Shown one piece after another: positions 35,528 through 43,389 of a DNA stretch of 43,389 bases. Both the position numbers and the translations under genes were made by a program. A model generated the notes under the pieces. That model worked only from the letters and a program-made list of their open reading frames with translations. It searched no databases and was not told where the DNA came from. The stretch covers positions 1 through 43,389 of the IMG/VR virus record IMGVR_UViG_2778261064_000026. One strand, given 5' to 3'. Every line of letters starts with the position of its first letter. Positions within the stretch are counted from its first letter, which is position 1. The DNA comes from a virus (Duplodnaviria; Heunggongvirae; Uroviricota; Caudoviricetes).

Positions 35528-36094
35528 TTAAGACACATCAAATTCATCGTCTTCTTCTGGTTCTTGTTCCGGTTCATCCATTAATGGTAATTCTTCTTCC
35601 TCGTCTTCACCAAAATCTGCATTTTCGAACAAGTCCCCTACTTCATTTAAACGACGCTCGATGATCTCCCTTAGCTTATTCTTCAATGTTTTCTGATCAG
35701 TGGCAGATTCGAGAATTTCTAAAGCGTCGATTGTGGCGATCTGCAAAATAGTCTGCTTCACTTTTCCGCAATATTCCGCTAGTTGCTGTTCTACATACCC
35801 GACAGGAATCAGGAGATTCATTGCTTCCTGGTTCTCTCGTTCGGCTGCGTCCGCTAATGCTCTCTCGCGGCGTAACTTCTCTACGTCGATTTGTTCTTTG
35901 ACAGTAGTTTCCCTGAGTGGACTGATGATATTTTTTGCTATCCATTCGGTCCCTTCCTTGAGCGGTACGCGTCGTGTATTGGTGTTAAATGGCATTCCTC
36001 GTTCTTGCCATTTCTTAGCGGCGTTAATTGTATAGCCGTATAAGCGGGAAATTTCTGTAAGGGTTAATTCTTCTTTCATCCGGTTATCCTCCAT
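35528..36094 (-). CDS. Nu1-like DNA-binding protein (candidate terminase small subunit), 188 aa
   Basis: N-terminal LTLTEISRLYGYTINAAKKWQERGMPF resembles lambda Nu1 winged-HTH (TIQNWQEQGMP) as I recall it; very acidic C-terminus. Confidence 0.4.
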   Translation of the reverse strand: MEDNRMKEELTLTEISRLYGYTINAAKKWQERGMPFNTNTRRVPLKEGTEWIAKNIISPLRETTVKEQIDVEKLRRERALADAAERENQEAMNLLIPVGYVEQQLAEYCGKVKQTILQIATIDALEILESATDQKTLKNKLREIIERRLNEVGDLFENADFGEDEEEELPLMDEPEQEPEEDDEFDVS

Positions 36095-36378
36095 TAAATT
36101 TGCGTAAAATTATTTATCTGATCTGCGCATTCAGGAGAGCGCCTAAAACGCTTTATAACGAAGGGAAAGATCGAGGCGAGGAAAGGGATTGGCTGGTGTT
36201 AATAGTCGCGTAGCGACCGCGCTGGTGGGCTGCACTGCACCTGTTTTGAAATCTCACACGCACATCAAAAACCGGGGTGCCGAAAACTCGCTTTATTTCA
36301 CCCGTGGAACAGTACCTATCAATTTTGTCAAGTCTTTTTTATAAATAATCGAAAATATTTTTCACGCGAGGGCAAATC

Positions 36379-36684
36379 ATGAAGACTAAAGATATTAAGA
36401 TTGACTTTGAAACTGTTGATGACGTTCGGGAACATCGCATTGATTCTACTGGCTGCATCTTCCAGCTTACTAACTCCCCTATTGGATTGATTATCTATGT
36501 AGCAGAAGATGACGTGTACGCTATGTGGGATGGACAGGATGAGTTTAAAGGCGGGAATAGCCATCTGATCAATACTCATGAGGGATTCGATCCGACTCCT
36601 GTCTGTATGCTTGCTTATCACGTAACACTGGATGAACTACCGGAAGCAAGCGCGCGTATCCGTAAAATGAAAGATATTAAGTGA
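36379..36684 (+). CDS. hypothetical protein, 101 aa, last gene before the chromosome junction
   Basis: ORF track; terminator downstream. Confidence 0.4.
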   Translation: MKTKDIKIDFETVDDVREHRIDSTGCIFQLTNSPIGLIIYVAEDDVYAMWDGQDEFKGGNSHLINTHEGFDPTPVCMLAYHVTLDELPEASARIRKMKDIK

Positions 36685-36702
36685 TGTAAGTAATTGATTC
36701 CT

Positions 36703-36732
36703 AAGCCCTGTCCTTGTGATGGGGCTTTTTTA
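36703..36732 (+). terminator. rho-independent terminator
   Basis: agccc...ggggct hairpin plus tttttt. Confidence 0.5.
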
Positions 36733-36746
36733 TTGGAAATCGGGTG

Positions 36747-37187
<441 letters not shown>

Positions 37188-37226
37188 TCAATTCCCGCCA
37201 AGGATAGCAGGAAACCTGATGCTTTA

Positions 37227-38204
<978 letters not shown>

Positions 38205-38335
38205 TTATCGTTATGATCTACAAAGGCCACCAGCATAACAAATCCGTGGTCGGTGGCAAAAAAAGCAGATTTCGCTTATTAAAACTGCATATTGATTGAA
38301 GTTTGAATAAACGCGCGATTTTTTTAAAAAGTTTG

Positions 38336-38364
38336 TTGACCTCAGGTCATGATTTCCCTAAATT
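38336..38364 (+). promoter_or_regulatory. tRNA promoter (TTGACC, 17 nt, TAAATT, GC-rich discriminator)
   Basis: read directly from sequence upstream of serX. Confidence 0.45.
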
Positions 38365-38398
38365 AGCGCCCGTTCCAGCAAGACAGGAACGACAATTT

Positions 38399-38486
38399 GG
38401 TGAGGTGTCCGAGTGGCTGAAGGAGCACGCCTGGAAAGTGTGTATACGGCAACGTATCGGGGGTTCGAATCCCCCCCTCACCGCCA
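38399..38486 (+). tRNA. serX: tRNA-Ser (anticodon GGA)
   Basis: GGTGAGGTGTCCGAGTGGCTGAAGGAGCACGCCTGGAAAGTGTG...GGTTCGAATCCCCCCCTCACCGCCA with long variable arm and encoded CCA; ghrA neighbour. Confidence 0.9.
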
Positions 38487-38492
38487 GATTAT

Positions 38493-38530
38493 AAGCGCAT
38501 GTTATTGTTTAACATGCGCTTTTTTATTTT
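38493..38530 (+). terminator. rho-independent terminator of serX
   Basis: aagcgcatgttattgtttaacatgcgctt plus ttttttatttt. Confidence 0.7.
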
Positions 38531-38635
38531 CCCTTCCAGACAGTATGCCATCGGGTATGCCATCTGAAACCGGTTTATATGCCCCGCGATCATATCTTAT
38601 CGGACAATTTCCGATCTTTGAGCATACTGGCAAAG

Positions 38636-39478
38636 CTATACTGCCAGCATATCAGGATAGTGTTTTGCGATAATATCATTCAGTCTGTCAACCAGTTCTG
38701 GTTTTCTGAACGTGATATGCGCGGAGCCCTTCTTAAAGTATCTGATGCTGAACATCTCATCTTCATAGCTCTCTTTACCCTGAACAGACTGAATGTGATC
38801 ATCCAGACGAAGGGTGATGTTTCCCCGGTTGTCGGGGATTGGTTTACCGCTGAACAGGTGCAACATTCTTTCCAGATCGGCGAGTCGGTCAGCCTGTTGT
38901 CCGGTGATAAGATGAAATCCCCACCGGTCCCATCTCACCAGATTGTTGACGATAATTTTACTGCCAAATTTACAGGGGCAATTGGTTTTGTAATTCCAGT
39001 TCAGCCCTCTGAAGACGTTGATCACCCCTCGCTCAAACACCTCATCCTTATTCTGGTGCAGTTGTTCAAATGTGCTCAGAATGTTCGCTTCGCTGATTTC
39101 CGGAAAATTATCGTACTCCAGTGACCGGTACCATGTATCACGGGCCTGCGTATCCATTAATGACAGCATCCCGGAACGTTGCATCAGGTCACGCCAGATT
39201 TCGCGATCAAGATTCCGGGTAATGGCTTTCATTGCTGTTTCGGGTTTCTCCATCAGCCAGCAGCCGCAGCGAAAATCCTGTTTCATGGCCCAGTCCGGGG
39301 CAGTTTTACCTCCGATGCTTTCCGTCAGCACCGAGATTTCAGCCAGTTGTCGGATAAGTGTGTCGATTTGCAACAGTGTACTCTTTCGTACAGCCAGAAT
39401 GTGGCGAATGCTGGTTGAGCAGATAACGTCCGTATGCCCGTTGACCACTTCCGGACGGGAGATTGTGATATCTGACAT
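38636..39478 (-). CDS. DUF4942-type island protein, 280 aa
   Basis: recollection of conserved gene set of CP4-type E. coli islands; position beside toxin-antitoxin module. Confidence 0.45.
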   Translation of the reverse strand: MSDITISRPEVVNGHTDVICSTSIRHILAVRKSTLLQIDTLIRQLAEISVLTESIGGKTAPDWAMKQDFRCGCWLMEKPETAMKAITRNLDREIWRDLMQRSGMLSLMDTQARDTWYRSLEYDNFPEISEANILSTFEQLHQNKDEVFERGVINVFRGLNWNYKTNCPCKFGSKIIVNNLVRWDRWGFHLITGQQADRLADLERMLHLFSGKPIPDNRGNITLRLDDHIQSVQGKESYEDEMFSIRYFKKGSAHITFRKPELVDRLNDIIAKHYPDMLAV

Positions 39479-39562
39479 AATCGATATTCCTTTTTGCAGA
39501 TAAATGAAAACGCCAGCCCTGTGCAGGCTGGCGTCAGAGGAATGAAGTCTGGTGAGTGAGCT

Positions 39563-39760
39563 TCACCGGTTCTGGTGCAGAAGCTGCAGATGACGCAGGG
39601 TACGGACATCCTCCCGGGCCTGTTCGATACAGGGCAACAGTGCTGCTGAATCCGTTTTATCCTCATCGTTGTCAAAGATAATTCCCGATCCGCAGTCGAT
39701 ATTGTCCTGCAGCCACGCAATCAGAATATCCAGCGCTGTTTCCGTGGTTAATGATTTCAT
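39563..39760 (-). CDS. small island protein (DUF957-like), about 65 aa from MKSL
   Basis: ORF track (39563..39805) trimmed to internal ATG to avoid overlap; conserved neighbourhood. Confidence 0.3.
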   Translation of the reverse strand: MKSLTTETALDILIAWLQDNIDCGSGIIFDNDEDKTDSAALLPCIEQAREDVRTLRHLQLLHQNR

Positions 39761-39771
39761 GTTGTTCCTGG

Positions 39772-40263
39772 TTACCAGTCGAAAGTGGGTAAACCCGGCA
39801 GGCATTCAGCGCTGGCATCCAGATGAATGAGACTGACGCCATAACGCCGGATGAGTGTGACGACCAGACGACGGAACGTTTTTGACAGCCCCAGGCGTTT
39901 AAGCCGCAGAACCGGGTATGACCACGCATCGGTACGTAACAGATATCCGCTACCTGTAAAATGAATCCATTCTGATTCACCGAAGTCACTGGTCTGGTGT
40001 GACAGCGAGTACAACCAGGCGTTGTCCGTTTCCGTGATATGTGCGGTACTGCAGCGTATGCCGGTAAGGGTAGCAAATGGTGGCGTGCATTCTGCTGAGG
40101 TCTGGTCAGATTCATCAACAACACGAAGGGAGTAGCCGTTATCGCAGACCATGTTAATCAGTTCAGCGAGCTCAATACCATCGACGTCAACGACAATGCG
40201 CCCCATGTTCAGTGCCTGTACGTTAACGCTGTCGGCTTCCAGTGTCAGGGCCAGTTTCATCAT
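39772..40263 (-). CDS. YeeW-like/DUF5983-type protein, 163 aa
   Basis: gene directly downstream of cbtA-family toxin, as in CP4-type islands. Confidence 0.4.
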   Translation of the reverse strand: MMKLALTLEADSVNVQALNMGRIVVDVDGIELAELINMVCDNGYSLRVVDESDQTSAECTPPFATLTGIRCSTAHITETDNAWLYSLSHQTSDFGESEWIHFTGSGYLLRTDAWSYPVLRLKRLGLSKTFRRLVVTLIRRYGVSLIHLDASAECLPGLPTFDW

Positions 40264-40634
40264 TTCGCCTCCGGATACTTACCCAGGGTAATGTTATTTA
40301 CCGTTCTGTAATTGTCGCGGGTCATCAGGCCGGTCGCCCGGCGAGCCCGGAGGATATCAATACTGTTTATTAACTGAGAGCGGGGACAGGTGCTGAATCC
40401 CGGCTGGTCGGTACGCACCAGCGCGTATTTTTCCACGAGAAAATTAACTGCATCACACAGTGAAATGCCTGCCTCAATATGCTGCTCAATCACACGTTCA
40501 TCGGCAAACGGTGTGTCATTCAGTGTGAGGCCATAATGCTGGTCCAGCAGTCGGATGAGCAGTGTCTGCCAGATGGTGACGGGAGACGGGCAGCGAGATA
40601 CCTCCCGTACATGTGTGTCGGATAATGTTTTCAT
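40260..40634 (-). CDS. cbtA: type IV toxin, CbtA/YeeV/YkfI family, 124 aa
   Basis: [59 protein letters not shown]... matches CbtA-family sequence as I recall it; track ORF extends to 40736. Confidence 0.8.
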   Translation of the reverse strand: MKTLSDTHVREVSRCPSPVTIWQTLLIRLLDQHYGLTLNDTPFADERVIEQHIEAGISLCDAVNFLVEKYALVRTDQPGFSTCPRSQLINSIDILRARRATGLMTRDNYRTVNNITLGKYPEAK

Positions 40635-40680
40635 CTTAAGTTCTCTGTAACTGGTAGTGCTAAAGGTGAGAGCTTCGGGG

Positions 40681-41055
40681 TTATGAGGTGGTTGCGGGTG
40701 CTGGTGTCGGATAAACAGCCAGATAAACGTAACCACAGGAGCCGAGGGTGTCGGCTTCGCAGGTCAGCCCTTTTGCATTCAGCGTGACGGTATGCTGATA
40801 TCGGGGATTCAGTTCACCGCTGGTGAGCATGAGTTCCAGTTGTTTCATCAGCAGCGGAAAGGCCTGGTCCAGATGGTATGCATCTGCGTCGCTGAAGCGG
40901 CCTCTGATACCGGCGCGGTCGGCAAGGTAATGCAGGCGGTTACCCTCTTGCACCAGACGAGCGCCAAAACAGGGCCTCACTGTGCAGGGAAGCCCCCACC
41001 AGGGGCGGTCGTGATTGTCATCGGGATGAGTTATCCCGGAGAGTTTGTCTGACAC
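40681..41055 (-). CDS. cbeA: type IV antitoxin, CbeA/YeeU/YafW family, 124 aa
   Basis: [51 protein letters not shown] matches YeeU-family; upstream of toxin. Confidence 0.8.
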   Translation of the reverse strand: MSDKLSGITHPDDNHDRPWWGLPCTVRPCFGARLVQEGNRLHYLADRAGIRGRFSDADAYHLDQAFPLLMKQLELMLTSGELNPRYQHTVTLNAKGLTCEADTLGSCGYVYLAVYPTPAPATTS

Positions 41056-41217
41056 GATAAAATCCTCTCTGAAAAGTGGTTAAGAATGGTTTAACGATGA
41101 CAGGTCAGCCGGCGCGCTGACCGGTTTCGGTGAAGATGTATGCATTGATGAGAATGGCCTCATCCACAGCGGCGTCTGAGGTCATCTGGTCGTACTCGTT
41201 TCCCGGGTGACGGAACA

Positions 41218-41439
41218 TCAGTTCAGGGTGACACTCATCAGCCGGACATACGGGCCAAAACTGTCCTTACGGCGTTCTGCAAACACGGCAAGAACGCCGG
41301 GAATATCCTGCACTTCACGACCAGTATACGCTTCAGCACTGCCGTGCCAGCGATACTTACCGGTACAGAACGGAAAAAGACGGGATGCAGGATGCTGTTG
41401 GTGAATACGCATGGCTTCACCACGGGTGATGATTCTCAT
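41218..41439 (-). CDS. YeeT-like (DUF987) protein, 73 aa
   Basis: MRIITRGEAMRIHQQHPASRLFPFCTGKYRWHGSAEAY... matches K-12 YeeT family as I recall it. Confidence 0.6.
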   Translation of the reverse strand: MRIITRGEAMRIHQQHPASRLFPFCTGKYRWHGSAEAYTGREVQDIPGVLAVFAERRKDSFGPYVRLMSVTLN

Positions 41440-41502
41440 GATGTGATACCTCTGAAGACAGAAGATAAAAGTGAAAACAGGTGTGATGTTGGTTGTGACG
41501 GG

Positions 41503-41994
41503 TTAAAGCAGACCATGTTCGGCAAAGGAGAAAACCTGGTTGCCACCGACTATCAGATGGTCCGGCACCCGGATATCCACCAGGCCCAGTGCCTGTACCA
41601 GACGTTCGGTGATAAGCCGGTCTGCCTTACTGGGTGTGACTTCACCGGACGGGTGATTGTGCGCCAGCACCACGGCAGCGGCATTGTGGTACAGGGCGCG
41701 TTTAATCACTTCCCGGGGATGAACTTCCGTACGGTTGATGGTGCCGGTGAAGAGGGTTTCACCGGCAATCAGCTGATTCTGGTTGTTCAGATACAGCACC
41801 CGGAACTCTTCCCGCTCCAGTCCCGCCATGTTCAGAATCAGCCATTCCCGTGCCGCACGGGTGGAGGTGAAGGCCACGCCGGGTTCATGAAGATGGCGGT
41901 CCAGGGTTTGCAGGGCCCGCAGAATGAGACTGCGCTCGCCGGGCGTCATCTCTCCGGGCAGAAAGGAAAGCTGCTGCATTGTCCCTGCCTCCAT
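41503..41994 (-). CDS. RadC-like JAB-domain protein (YeeS/YkfG/YfjY family), 163 aa
   Basis: HNHPSGEVTPSKADRLIT motif typical of RadC/JAMM fold. Confidence 0.75.
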   Translation of the reverse strand: MEAGTMQQLSFLPGEMTPGERSLILRALQTLDRHLHEPGVAFTSTRAAREWLILNMAGLEREEFRVLYLNNQNQLIAGETLFTGTINRTEVHPREVIKRALYHNAAAVVLAHNHPSGEVTPSKADRLITERLVQALGLVDIRVPDHLIVGGNQVFSFAEHGLL

Positions 41995-42480
41995 TCAGTC
42001 AATGATGCGCATAATGGCGCTGCATTCCGGATGCTGCAGGGCGTAATCCCGCAGCCGGTAATAGTGGACCGTCATGGCATAACACTCCGTACGACAGGCA
42101 TGATGACTGTACGTCATCAGACAGGCAGCAATACCGGCGGCTTCCGGGCTCATTTCAGCGCGGTTGCCGTTCATGGCATTGAACAGTACCCATGTTTCGT
42201 CATCATCGTCATCCGGTTCGGGTGCCATAAATGCCCCGCCGTTGTTCAGGGTGTACAGATTCCAGATACCACCGCAGTAGTCTTCGCAAAGACGGTCCAT
42301 CCAGCCGAAGACACGGGGCTCCAGGGTCACCCACTGTGGAATGAGGCCAAAATGCTGCGGCCAGAAGCTGATGCGCTGTTCATCAGGGACGGGAGTGGCA
42401 ACCAGCTGAGGTGGGTTATTCCCTGATGCAGTGGTTACGGAAACAGAAGGTGTGGTGGAATTATGCGAAACGGTTGTCAT
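41995..42480 (-). CDS. antirestriction protein, KlcA/ArdB-like (YfjX family), 161 aa
   Basis: conserved island gene order; acidic DDDDDE patch; family recognised from K-12 paralogs. Confidence 0.65.
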   Translation of the reverse strand: MTTVSHNSTTPSVSVTTASGNNPPQLVATPVPDEQRISFWPQHFGLIPQWVTLEPRVFGWMDRLCEDYCGGIWNLYTLNNGGAFMAPEPDDDDDETWVLFNAMNGNRAEMSPEAAGIAACLMTYSHHACRTECYAMTVHYYRLRDYALQHPECSAIMRIID

Positions 42481-42570
42481 GAGGTTATTCCTTATAAAAA
42501 GTAAATGAATGGAAGAAGCCCCGGGGCAGGAACAGATGTGAGTCAGGACTGCACTTTCAGTGAAACGGCA

Positions 42571-43389
42571 TCAGCGCATGCTCTCCAGCAGCGTTTCTGC
42601 CATCACCCACAATGCGCGATTGAGCTTAATGTCGGTATCAATGCTGTGAATGGCCCGGGTATGGATACGTTTTCCTTTTGCACTGCGACCGGAAATCCCG
42701 CCTTTCAGCATATTCTCCTGGATGGTCTGATAAGCACTCCACAGGTCCTTACCGTAATCCTCCCGGCGTCGTGGTGTCAGAATGTCGGCGGTGGTGACGG
42801 GCTGATGTTCGTCACCATAACGGTAAGTCAGTGCCGCCTGTGCCAGCGCCTGGCGTGCCGGTGGCGGCAGGACCAGCGACTGCATGGCATCACGCTTCTC
42901 CTCTATCCGGTCAAAAACGCCCACCACCTCGTAAGCCCCTTCAATGACTCTGTCCACCACATTTCCCCGGTGTGGAACACGCAATTCTCCCAGAGACTGA
43001 CCGCAGACCAGTCCATTGGTACAAATGGCACGAAAATATCCGGGTAACATCTGGTAGCTGGATGAACCGTCATGGGAGTTGAGCAGAATAATTTCAGGGA
43101 CATGCTGACCGGTTATCTGTCCGGCCCGCCGCAGACGCAGCATGTGTTTTGTGTATTCCCGGCGGCTCTGGTCGCGCACGCGGGTCTGGCAGGCAAAGAA
43201 CGGCTGAAAGCCTTCCTGCTGCAGATTTTCCAGGACGGTGATAGTGGGAATGTACGCATAGTGTTCACTGCGAGAGGTATGTCGGTTTTCCCCAAAAATA
43301 CTCGGTACATGGCGCATCAGTTCTTCGTGTGTCAGCGGACGATCACGACGTATCTGGTTCGCATAACCAAAACGACTGGCTAATCTCAT
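42571..43389 (-). CDS. DUF932-type island protein (YfjQ/YafZ family), 272 aa; ATG at window edge
   Basis: conserved position upstream of antirestriction/RadC genes. Confidence 0.55.
   Translation of the reverse strand: MRLASRFGYANQIRRDRPLTHEELMRHVPSIFGENRHTSRSEHYAYIPTITVLENLQQEGFQPFFACQTRVRDQSRREYTKHMLRLRRAGQITGQHVPEIILLNSHDGSSSYQMLPGYFRAICTNGLVCGQSLGELRVPHRGNVVDRVIEGAYEVVGVFDRIEEKRDAMQSLVLPPPARQALAQAALTYRYGDEHQPVTTADILTPRRREDYGKDLWSAYQTIQENMLKGGISGRSAKGKRIHTRAIHSIDTDIKLNRALWVMAETLLESMR

Noticed and set aside
38413-39124. ORFs of 63-181 aa overlapping serX and antisense to the DUF4942-type gene
   Set aside because: They overlap a canonical tRNA and its terminator or run antisense to an island gene; no RBS.
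41344-42426. Plus-strand 360-aa ORF across the RadC-like and KlcA-like genes
   Set aside because: Antisense to two recognisable conserved genes in a GC-rich region where long spurious frames are common.

Overview
The window is a three-part mosaic. (1) 1..~36766: about 36.7 kb of a tailed-phage genome or prophage with lambda-like morphogenesis genes. A leftward late operon (29345 down to 6062, minus strand) encodes a gpA-family large terminase, portal, a fused prohead-protease/scaffold/HK97-like capsid protein, connectors, a side tail fiber with a C-terminal intramolecular-chaperone domain, major tail protein, chaperones, tape measure, minor tail proteins, an inserted GIY-YIG homing endonuclease, K-like and J-like tip proteins and a lysis cluster. 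A rightward block (889..6030) holds a large serine recombinase, two T5orf172-like proteins and a UvsW-like helicase. An accessory/regulatory block (29431..36684) holds a Rha-family protein, three paralogous small HTH proteins, a 1.3 kb non-coding hub with an iteron array and two tandem consensus promoters, a codon-optimised 313-aa protein and a Nu1-like small-terminase candidate. (2) ~36766..38530: E. coli chromosome with a 3'-truncated ycdX, ghrA and tRNA-Ser(GGA) serX. (3) 38530..43389: a GC-richer CP4-type island remnant (cbtA/cbeA type IV toxin-antitoxin, RadC-like, KlcA-like antirestriction, DUF-type genes). The best candidate for something undescribed is the iteron/promoter hub with its HTH paralogs and the 313-aa protein. 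All calls come from reading motifs and gene architecture by eye; no database search was run, and hand-counted coordinates of hairpins, promoters and repeats may be off by 1-2 nt.
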